From NCBI RefSeq assembly GCF_000582535.1, contig NZ_CP006932.1, positions 420,001 through 452,000 of the forward strand: a stretch of DNA of 32,000 nt, given 5' to 3'. This DNA is from Candidatus Saccharimonadota bacterium (GTDB taxonomy: Bacteria > Bacillota_I > Bacilli_A > Mycoplasmatales > Hepatoplasmataceae). Shown here piece by piece: positions 1 through 7,411 of the stretch (its first letter is position 1; every line of letters starts with the position of its first letter). The translations under genes and the position numbers were made by a program. The notes beneath the pieces were generated by a model, which was not told the DNA's origin, did not search any database, and saw nothing but the letters and a program-made list of their open reading frames with translations.

Positions 1-2
1 AA

Positions 3-827
3 TATTTAAAAATTCAAGAAAAATATAGTCTTTATGCAACAGCAGAAACAAAAAAGAAAAAATTACATAATCATCAAAAAGAATCAAAAAAAGCATTAGA
101 AATATTTGGTTTTTCTGATCATTTTATAATTCCAATATTTTTTACAATTTTATTTTTGTTTGTATTTCCTTTTACAATAATTGCTTCATTTATTCCTGAA
201 GGTCCAGAAAATTTTCCTAATTACTTATCAGCTATTCAATGAACTTCGATTGTTATATTACCTTTAATTGTAATTTACTATCTTATAAGAACATATTTTA
301 TAAGAAGTGAACATGATGAAGATCATTCCCATGAAAATATCCACGATAAAGGAAAAGAAGGAATTAAACATCAGATAAATCATATTTCTTATAATTTAAT
401 TTTAATATTATCTTGAGTATCAATTACTTTATTAATTATCAATTTAATAGTATATGCGATTGTTTATTATTCAAATCTTTATCAAAATATTAATGATCTT
501 CAAGATAATGTTGATCAATTTAAAAATGATTGATGATATTTAATTTTGCTTGTAATAATTGGAGCTTTAATTGGTCTTATTCCAACATGTGGTCCACAAA
601 TTGCTTTTACTCTTTTAATGATTGGTGAAATTGGCGGAAGTGAAGCAATTGCATTTGGGGGAATAAGTGCACTTATTGCAAATTCAATTTCACAAGATGG
701 ACATGCCGGAATTGTTTATTTTACATTTGATAAAAAAGGATATGGAATTGTAAAATTAATTGAAATTATAAGTGCAGTAATTTTTGGATTAATCTTTATT
801 CCATTAGATAAATATACTAATTTATAA
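3..827 (+). CDS. Polytopic membrane protein, 5'-truncated by the window edge; a His/Asp/Glu-rich loop suggests a divalent-metal transporter
   Basis: Frame 3 is open from nt 3 to TAA 825-827 once TGA at 240, 414, 531 and 534 is read as Trp (the track shows only 546-827). There are several long hydrophobic stretches, a loop SEHDEDHSHENIHDKGKEGIKHQINH, and a C-terminal IPTCGPQIAF...SQDGHAG. Confidence 0.6.
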
Positions 828-1487
828 TTAATTTAATGTTTCTTTTAATTCTAAATTAGTATTTAAATCAATATTTTTTATTTTAAATTGACTATTATAA
901 TGTCCGGGATAAATAACATAATTATTTTTTTTACATAAATCATAAAGAAATCTTATTGATTCAAAAAATCTATCAAGATCAGTACCAATTTCTTTTCTAT
1001 GCATTCCAATACTTTTTAAAAAGATTGTATCACCAATAAAAATATCTTTTTTATTAAAAAGATAAAATGTAGATCCTTTTGTATGTCCTCCAAAAGGAAT
1101 TATTTTAATATCAATTCCTAATAGTTTTAATTCTTGTTCTTCATTTCCCAAAAAAGTAATAATATTTTTTTGTTTTTTGTCTAATTGTCAATTTAAATTA
1201 GATAATGCTGATCTATTTATATTTGCATCAAAAAGACCTTCTTGGTCTTTTTGATTAATATAAATTACTGGATTAAATTTTTCAATAATTTTTTCTAATC
1301 CCATAAGATGATCTAAATGATTATGAGTTAATAATACATATTTTATTTTAATATTATTATTTATACAATAATTAATTATTTTATCTTCTGATGTAGCGGT
1401 ATCAATCAAGATTGCTTCTTTATTATCTTTGATATATAGATATGAGTTTGTAAAATTAAAGTTTTTGTTTTGAAATTTTTTGATCAT
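828..1487 (-). CDS. Metallo-beta-lactamase-fold hydrolase (219 aa)
   Basis: Track ORFs 1188-1487 and 828-1151 share one frame and are joined by TGA(Trp) at 1188-1190. LLTHNHLDHLMG is the HxHxDH zinc motif, followed by GGHTKGS and PGH. Confidence 0.8.
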
Positions 1488-1589
1488 AATTTTTTTCTTT
1501 ATATTATTTAAAAAATAAATACAATAACATTATAAGAAAAAACAATTTTTTATTCTAATATATAAATATAATAAAAACAATGAAAAATT

Positions 1590-2021
1590 ATGAACGAAAA
1601 ATACGAAATTTTAACTATAAAATTTGGAAATTTTTTAACACTTTGTTTTACTGTTTCTTTCAAAAAATTAAAAGATAATACTTATGTTTTAAAAAACGAA
1701 AAAATGAATTATGAGTATTATTCAGAAGAAAAAGATGAAAACATAGCAAAAAAAGATTTTGCAGAAGCGATTTTAACATTTTTAGTATCTGGTATAAAAG
1801 AAAGAAAAATTTTTAAATGATTAGAAAATTGAGGATTTAAACAAAAAATAAATGACAAAGAAGCATTTAATTCAGCTTGAAAAGATATAAAAGAAAAAAT
1901 GAATGAACAAAAAAGTAATTTTAAAAAATATAATAATTTTTCTGTAAATAATGAAGGATTACTTTCTAAAGATAGTTTAAATAATTTACAAAATAATCAA
2001 ATGAATTTTAATTGAGGATAA
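1590..2021 (+). CDS. Hypothetical protein (143 aa) with a weak HicB-antitoxin-like N-terminal pattern
   Basis: Starts at ATG 1590. The track ORF stops at TGA 1818-1820, but the frame stays open through three more TGA codons to TAA 2019-2021. It ends 2 nt before the next ORF (operon-like). The segment SEEKDENIAKKDFAEAILTFL resembles the HicB N-domain helix, but only weakly. Confidence 0.55.
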
Positions 2022-2023
2022 TA

Positions 2024-2344
2024 ATGGGAGCAAATATTTCTGCAGACGATCTCAGATTATAATTATTAAAAAATAATTGAAAATATACAGGTAAAACAAA
2101 ACATGAACATTGAATTTATGAAATAGAAAAATGTAAAATTAATTCTCCATTAAGTATAAATTTTAATGTTAAAAAAGGTTCCGGAATTAAAGATTACACA
2201 TTAAAACAAATAAGTAATATAATGAAAATTAGTAAAAATGAATTAATAAATTCAATTAGAGAAAATAAAAGATATACGGAAGAAGAATTAATAAATTTTT
2301 TATTTTCAAAAAGTGATCTTTTAGATTTATATATTTCAAAATAA
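2024..2344 (+). pseudogene. HicA-like mRNA-interferase toxin gene interrupted by an in-frame TAA
   Basis: From ATG 2024 the frame reads MGANISADDLRL-TAA(2060-2062)-LLKNNWKYTGKTKHEHWIYE...VKKGSGIKDYTLKQISNIMKISKNEL, ending at TAA 2342-2344. This loosely follows the HicA pattern (LLxxxGW..xGSHxx...KxLxxGTLxxILKQAGL). No in-frame start follows the TAA until ATG ~2222. Confidence 0.3.
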
Positions 2345-2366
2345 AATTAAATATATAAATATGCTT

Positions 2367-2936
2367 TTACATGCAAACTTTATAAATATATTTATATATT
2401 TTATTATATTTTTCATCTTGAATACTTATTAATGAAAAAGCTTCTGTAAATAAAGCAATATTTAATAATAAAAGAATAAAAAGAATTTCTTTTTTTTCAG
2501 TAATTTTTTTTTGAATTATTTTATGTTTTAACGCATAATCATTAAATTTTAAATTTTTACTAACATAAAAATCATCGATTATTCTCTCGTGATTTTTAAA
2601 TTGTTCAAAAATTAATTTATGATCGAATTTTAATCTTTTAATTTTTTTTACAGAATCTATATATCTTCTTTTTGTAATTGGTGATTTAAAATATGTAATT
2701 AATTTTAAATCTGCTTTTGAATTTATTAATTTTTCTTTATCTAAAATTCCATCAATAAATAAATAAAAATTTTTTAAAATATTTTCCGCAGTTGTTTTTC
2801 TTAAATTAATATTTAAATCTTTTCGATATTTAAAATCTCAGATTGTATAAAAAATACCAATAAAAGCCATTATTGTAGTAAGAATACTAAGTGTTACCAA
2901 AAAAGTTCCACTAATTCAAGCAGCAAAACTATCCAT
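2367..2936 (-). CDS. Membrane protein, tandem paralog A (189 aa; N- and C-terminal TM segments)
   Basis: Not in the ORF track (TGA at 2916 and 2838, and no alternative start after them). I checked codon by codon: ATG 2934-2936 to TAA 2367-2369. Begins MDSFAAWISGTFLVTLSILTTIMAFIGIFYTIW and ends KYIYKVCM. Confidence 0.7.
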
Positions 2937-2950
2937 AAATTTCCCTTAAA

Positions 2951-3520
2951 TTACATACAGATTTTATAAATATATTTATATAATTTATCATATTTTGCAT
3001 TTTTTATTTTAACAATTGGTAAAGTTTCTGTAAATATAGCAACATTCAATAATAAAAGAACAAAAATTATCTCTCTTTTATTTGTAATTTTTTCTTCAAT
3101 AATATTATTTCTTAAAGCATAATCATTGAATTTTAAATTTTTTCTAATATAAAAATCATCTTCTACTTTTTTATAATCTTTAAATTGATTAAAAATTAAT
3201 TTCTGATCAAAATTTAATTTTTTTATTTTTTTAATTGAATCTCGATATTTTCTTCTTGTAATTGGAATTTTAAAATTAGTAAGTAACTTAAAATAAGCAT
3301 CAGATTTAATCATTTCTTGATCATTATCCAAATTCTTCATAAATAAAGAAAAATTTTCAATTATTTCCTCATGTGTTTTTTTTCTTAAATCTATATTGGT
3401 ATCTTTTTTATATTTAAATCCTCAAATTGAAAAAAAAACTCCAACAAAAATCATGATCGAAGATAAAGTACTATAAAATACAAGAAAAACCCCGCCAATC
3501 CAAGCTAAAGCACTATCCAT
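2951..3520 (-). CDS. Membrane protein, tandem paralog B (189 aa)
   Basis: Track ORF 2951-3340 extends upstream through TGA codons to ATG 3518-3520. Begins MDSALAWIGGVFLVFYSTLSSIMIFVGVFFSIW and ends KYIYKICM. Same length as paralog A and collinear with it. Confidence 0.7.
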
Positions 3521-3540
3521 AAAATAACCCCATTAAAATT

Positions 3541-3586
3541 ACCATTTTAAAAACTTCAAAATAAAGTTAAAAACTTTTAAAATGGT
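3541..3586 (-). terminator. 12-bp perfect inverted repeat abutting or overlapping the tRNA 3' end
   Basis: ACCATTTTAAAA (3541-3552) pairs with TTTTAAAATGGT (3575-3586). The right arm includes the tRNA ACCA terminus. The stem is AT-only, so stability and function are uncertain. Confidence 0.3.
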
Positions 3587-3665
3587 GCCCGAAGTGGGAC
3601 TTGAACCCACACAGCAAAGCTAAAGGGTTTTGAATCCTTCGTGTCTACCATTCCACCATTCGGGC
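3583..3665 (-). tRNA. tRNA-Leu (anticodon CAA), class II with a long variable arm and an encoded CCA
   Basis: The reverse complement reads GCCCGAA-TG-GTGG-AATGGTAGA-CACG-AAGGA-TTCAAAA-CCCTT-TAGCTTTGCTGT-GTGGG-TTCAAGT-CCCAC-TTCGGGC-ACCA. The acceptor and T arms are perfect and the anticodon loop is UU-CAA-AA. The 31-39 pair is A/C. Confidence 0.9.
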
Positions 3666-3756
3666 AATTATTAGTAAATACAAATTAAAAACAAATACAT
3701 TATAATATAAATTATAAATTTTTCTTTTTATATTTTCTAGTTAGGGGCTTAAAATA

Positions 3757-4497
3757 ATGGTTTGATGAGGGATTGCCCTATCTGAATTTTTTGGAACTTT
3801 TTTTCTTATTCTTTTAGGATTAGGGATTAATGCCGATTCAACTTTAAAAGGGACTTACATCAAAAATAATAATTGATTATTAGGAAGTTTTGGTTGAGCT
3901 TTTGCATATTTTATCGGTGGATCTATCGCCTATTATTCTGGAGGAAATATAAATCCAATAATTTCACTTTCAGTTTGACTTACTGATCAAATAACATTTG
4001 TTCAGTTTCTTGATTATATTTTCTTTCAAATTTTAGGAGCTTTTTTTGCAATTGTCATTATAAATTTTCTTTATTTAGATCAACTTAAAAAAACAGATGA
4101 TCAAGAAAGAATTGCAAATGTTTTTTATACTATACCAGCAATAAAAGATTATAAATTTAATTTTTTAACAGAAATAATTGCTAGTTTTGTTTTAGTTACT
4201 GCTTTTTTAAGTTCTGTTTGATATGGATTTAATTTTTTTGAACCATTATTCATGGCTCTTGTTGTATTTGCAATTGCTCTATCTCTAGGAGGTCTTACTG
4301 GATATGCAATAAATCCAACAAGAGATCTTATTCCAAGAATTTACCATAGTTTATTTAAAATTCCAAATAAAGGAAAAACTAACTGAAGTTATAGTTGAGT
4401 TCCTACAATTGGACCAATTATAGGTTCATTATTATCTACAGGACTTATTTGAATAATAATAGAAATTATCGGAGAAGGAAACCCATTTAATAATTAA
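3757..4497 (+). CDS. glpF: MIP-family aquaglyceroporin / glycerol uptake facilitator (246 aa)
   Basis: Runs from ATG 3757 to TAA 4495-4497 with many TGA(Trp) codons, so it is absent from the track. Reads MVWWGIALSEFFGTFFLILLGLG...GGNINPIISLS...LTGYAINPTRDLIPR. The protein has six hydrophobic segments and two NPx boxes. Confidence 0.85.
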
Positions 4498-4545
4498 AAA
4501 ATAAAAAAATCAGTCTATATTATTTTAAAATATGTGATAATAATT

Positions 4546-4608
4546 TTGAAGCACATTTAGTTGTGTGGAAAAAACAAAGAATTTTATTGAAGCACATTTA
4601 GTTGTGTG
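4546..4608 (+). repeat. Two perfect 22-bp direct repeats, TTGAAGCACATTTAGTTGTGTG, 41 bp apart
   Basis: Copies lie at 4546-4567 and 4587-4608, immediately 3' of glpF. Each contains a short CACA...TGTG dyad. Confidence 0.9.
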
Positions 4609-5695
4609 AATTTAAAAAATAACTTTTGTTTTCAAATGAAGCAATCATATTATTTGGTTGCTTCATTTTTTTATTTTTATTTTTGGATATTTTAAAATTA
4701 AAAAAATCCTTATAATGGTTTCTTAAAATTTTATTATGAGAAATTAAATTATTTTTTAAAAAAGCTATTTTCATTTTATAAAATACTTCAATTGTATAAT
4801 CATTTTTTAAAAGATCATATTGTCCATAAAAATAATTTAATAGATCTTCAACACAATTTTTATCAATTAATAAATCATTTAAATGAGAAATTTTATTTCT
4901 ATATTGATTAGTTATTTGTAGTCTTGATATAAAATATTCTCATATTTTATTATTTATTTCTTTATCTGAACATAAAGGATATCTTTTTTTAAAAAAAATC
5001 ATTCTTTCATCAACTTTTAATTTATTTATAAAATTCCTTTTTATTAATTCATCTATATTTAAATAATTATTATTTCATAAATATTTTAATATTAATATTT
5101 TTTCGGCAAAATATAATTTATTAATAATTTTTGAATTTTTTAAAAAAATATTTTTTTCTTCTTTAATATCAATATTTTTTTCTTGAATAGATAATATTTT
5201 ATTTTTTAATGAATTTTTAAATTTCATTTCAAAAATATTTAAATATTTGATAATTAATTTACTGTTAATTAAATAATTTATATTTTTTTCAAAGGAAAAA
5301 ATATAAGTATAAATTATAGCTAAAATTTTATCATTTAAAACATCCAAAGAATCAATTAATTTTTTAATTTCTACTTCAAAATTTTTTATTTTTTTTGATT
5401 TATTTTTTTCTAGAATATCATTTATATAATTAGGAAAATTTTTATAAATTCCTACAATTTTTATTGGAGATATATAACCAGATTTAACAATTAGCAAAAA
5501 ATAATAAATTTGAAAAAATTCTAATTTTTTCTTAAAATTATCTATTTTAATATTTTTATAATTTTTATTTAAAATACTATAATTTAGATTATATTTTTCT
5601 GAATATAAAATGTTAATTATTTCTGAATTTGATTTATTAAAAAAATTTTGATATTCTTTATTAAAATTAAATTTATTTTTTTCTTTTTTATTCAT
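4598..5695 (-). CDS. Hypothetical 365-aa protein, AbiD/AbiF (Abi_2)-like with an RxxxxH HEPN-type motif
   Basis: Track ORF 5075-5695 continues through TGA 5075-5077 and 4940-4942 to TAA 4598-4600 (checked codon by codon). It contains KIWEYFISRLQITNQYRNKISHLNDLL, with RNKISH at 4883-4900. Size and motif position resemble lactococcal AbiD/F-type proteins. Confidence 0.4.
4637..4672 (+). terminator. Rho-independent terminator downstream of glpF
   Basis: An 8-bp perfect stem TGAAGCAA (4637-4644) / TTGCTTCA (4658-4665) with a 13-nt loop, followed by T7 (4666-4672). Confidence 0.7.
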
Positions 5696-5750
5696 ATTAA
5701 AATTATTATAAATATAAATAAAAAATGATAATAAAATTTAAATTTTATTA

Positions 5751-6052
5751 TAGTTATTGCTTTTTTAAATTCTATTTGATATTAATTTGATTTTTTTACA
5801 TAATTATTTATGATTTTTTTATTTTTCATTGCTTTATCATTAGGAAGATTTATTGAATATGAAATAAATTCAACAAGAGATCTTATTCCAAGAATTTATA
5901 ATAGTTTATTTAAAATTCCAAATAAAGGAAAAACTAACTGAAGTTATAGTTTTGTTCCTACAATTGGTCCAATTATAGGTTCTTTATTATCTACAGGACT
6001 TATTTGAATAATAATATAAATTATTAGGAAAGGAAATCCATTTAATAATTAA
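5751..6052 (+). pseudogene. Decayed duplicate of the glpF 3' end
   Basis: 5751-6052 is collinear with 4192-4497. From ~5870 onward it is nearly identical (CAACAAGAGATCTTATTCCAAGAATTTA...GGAAAAACTAACTGAAGTTATAGTT) and it becomes progressively degenerate toward the 5' side. NPT is changed to NST, and GAA->TAA creates a premature stop at ~6017. Confidence 0.85.
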
Positions 6053-6116
6053 TATTAAAAAGAATATTTTAAAATTTTTAATATTAATTCAAAATATGAG
6101 AATTTATAATTAATTT

Positions 6117-6125
6117 TGATATACT
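6117..6125 (+). promoter_or_regulatory. Candidate extended -10 promoter (TGaTATACT)
   Basis: TGATATACT lies at 6117-6125. No convincing -35 is present. The AT-rich background makes chance matches likely. Confidence 0.3.
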
Positions 6126-6228
6126 AAATTTAGTTAATTGTTAATTAACTCTACCGATGAAAGATTAGTCTATAATTGTTTAATCTGAAATTGGATAGGA
6201 GCCCTATTGAGGGCTTTATTTGTTTTTT
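6126..6228 (+). ncRNA. Candidate ~100-nt structured RNA or leader with two degenerate ~37-nt repeat units, ending in a terminator
   Basis: Collinear motifs occur twice: TTAGT (6130, 6165), TAATTGTT (6135, 6173), and GATGAAA (6156) / GATAGGA (6194). There is a hairpin AGATTA (6162-6167) / TAATCT (6181-6186). I found no ORF longer than 15 codons. Confidence 0.3.
6198..6228 (+). terminator. Rho-independent terminator upstream of the toxin-like ORF
   Basis: A GC-rich stem AGCCCT (6200-6205) / AGGGCT (6210-6215) with loop ATTG, followed by TTATTTGTTTTTT. Confidence 0.7.
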
Positions 6229-6284
6229 ATCAAATTAAATGGAGTTTTGGGGAAATAATATTATTAATATGGGTGAAAATAAAT

Positions 6285-6677
6285 ATGTATCACATAAAAA
6301 TCTGAAAATTTGATCAATTTATTGATTTAAAAGATCTTGATTATCAGAAAAAAAATCAAAATAAAGGAGATTATAGACCTTGTGTCGTTTTAACTAAAAG
6401 AGAAAATCAATTAGTATTAATACCTTTTTCTACATCTAAAACAAATCCTAAATGAAATATTGAATATAATTCTGCTACTAGAAATAAACCTTCAAATATT
6501 CAAATAGATAGATTTAGAATTTTAGATCCAAAGTCTATAGTTATCGAATCAAAAAACTGTACTCCAGTAGATAATGTAAAATTTAAAAATCAAAATGCAA
6601 AAATATCTTCTAAAAAAATTAAAAAAGAAATAATAAATAAATATAACGAAAGATTAAATTATTTAAATTTAAAATAA
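6285..6677 (+). CDS. Kid/MazF/PemK- or ToxN-like endoribonuclease toxin (130 aa)
   Basis: ATG 6285 follows GGTGA (6272-6276), and the ORF ends at TAA 6675-6677 with two TGA(Trp) codons. Reads MYHIKIWKFDQFIDLKDLDYQKKNQNKGDYRPCVVLTKRENQLVLIPFSTSKTNPKWN...IQIDRFRILDPKSIV. This fits the beta-strand / RP-VVL / PxTSxK / DQxRxxD pattern of these toxin folds. Confidence 0.55.
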
Positions 6678-6679
6678 AA

Positions 6680-6703
6680 AGCACACCCTCTAAGTGATGT
6701 GCT
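6680..6703. terminator. Bidirectional hairpin terminator between convergent units
   Basis: AGCACA (6680-6685) / TGTGCT (6698-6703) with a 12-nt loop. An A-run lies on the left (a T-run for the minus strand) and GTCGTATTTT lies on the right. Confidence 0.5.
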
Positions 6704-6800
6704 GTCGTATTTTCTAAGCTCAATCTCAGAGAGATCTAGATACGATTGCTAAATTAACGAGCTCATATAAAATTATGATGAACACGGGAATATTTTTTCC
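6704..6800. other. Locally GC-enriched, dyad-rich non-coding segment (possible small RNA, strand unclear)
   Basis: It contains nested complementarity: AGCTC (6717-6721) / GAGCT (6761-6765), CAATC (6721-6725) / GATTG (6744-6748) and ATCTC-AGA-GAGAT (6723-6735). It is noticeably richer in G+C than the flanks and has no ORF. Confidence 0.25.
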
Positions 6801-6834
6801 TATAAAAATTATAAATAAATATTTAAATTATGCT

Positions 6835-7411
6835 TTATTTTTTCCTAAATAAAGTAACAAGATATATTTTATCATCATTCAAACTATATGAAAATATAAA
6901 ATTATATTGAATATTTTTTGAAAATTGATTAATTCTAAATATATCTTTAAGAATTATTCTTTTTTGCTTATTTAGTTTCTTAATATAATTTTCTATCTGA
7001 AAATTATTATTTCTATTCAATAAAATTTTTTGAATTTTTTTGTATATTAAATAATACTAATTTCTCATTATAATCTTTATTTAATTTATCCATTTTATAT
7101 TTTCTATAAAAAGATTTATTTAATATTGTCATATGACAATAAATAAATTTCAAATCTTTTATTTTTAATTTTTCATCAATTAAAGAAATTGCTTTATAAT
7201 TAAGATCTCAAATTATTTATTGTATATAATTAATTTATATGTTAGCATTAATAATTTGTTTTCTAGTTTTAATAAATAAAAAAATTCAAGGATGAAAACA
7301 AGCAATAATAATTTCTTTATCTTTTGTTATTTGTAAAATTCTTTTTACTCTTGTTTTTATTTTTCCTCTTTTATTATTTGTAATACTATTTTTTGGTAAA
7401 ACAATTTTTAA
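6835..7411 (-). pseudogene. Block of short, mutually frameshifted ORF fragments; the last (6835-7020) is RelE/ParE-like
   Basis: Three fragments are each closed by TAA or TAG and lack a credible ATG start: 7235-7411, 7013-7216 and 6835-7020(+). The last ends ...NIQYNFIFSYSLNDDKIYLVTLFRKK, reminiscent of the RelE/ParE C-terminus (YRIIYxIxxxxIxIlxIxHR). Confidence 0.3.
7124..7141. promoter_or_regulatory. 18-bp perfect palindrome TATTGTCATATGACAATA (operator-like)
   Basis: The sequence is perfectly self-complementary. It lies ~30 nt upstream of a minus-strand ATG (7091-7093) inside the decayed ORF block. Confidence 0.3.

Larger units (their letters stand above)
2367..3520 (-). repeat. Tandem gene duplication (two 570-bp genes, 584-bp period, 14-bp spacer)
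   Basis: The two deduced proteins align end to end without gaps. By eye, roughly half to two-thirds of positions are identical, with identical N-terminal MDS..AWI and C-terminal KYIYK.CM. Confidence 0.8.

Noticed and set aside
4546-4608. The 22-bp direct repeats as a CRISPR array.
   Set aside because: There are only two copies, the 19-bp spacer is too short, there are no cas genes in the window, and the repeat is not followed by further units.
6126-6228. Purine, preQ1 or fluoride riboswitch, or a T-box leader, upstream of the toxin-like ORF.
   Set aside because: The isolated fragments (TATAAT, GGATA, CCGATGA) are not in the order or context of those conserved cores, and a metabolite riboswitch in front of a toxin gene has no obvious rationale.
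6239-6367. A 42-codon ORF (MEFWGNNIINMGENKYVSHKNLKIWSIYWFKRSWLSEKKSK) as a protein antitoxin for the toxin-like gene.
   Set aside because: It has no ribosome-binding site, it overlaps the toxin ORF out of frame over most of its length, and its composition looks like an out-of-frame artefact.
6704-6800. The GC-enriched structured segment as SRP (4.5S) RNA, 6S RNA or a tmRNA fragment.
   Set aside because: I could not find the conserved SRP domain IV motif, a tRNA-like end or any other diagnostic sequence, so it stays an unassigned candidate.
7235-7411. The fragment ...KRGKIKTRVKRILQITKDKEIIIACFHPWIFLF... as the C-terminal remnant of uracil-DNA glycosylase (HPSPLS region).
   Set aside because: The resemblance is limited to HP plus general spacing. 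There is no start, and the N-terminal two-thirds of such a gene is missing. It is too weak to call.
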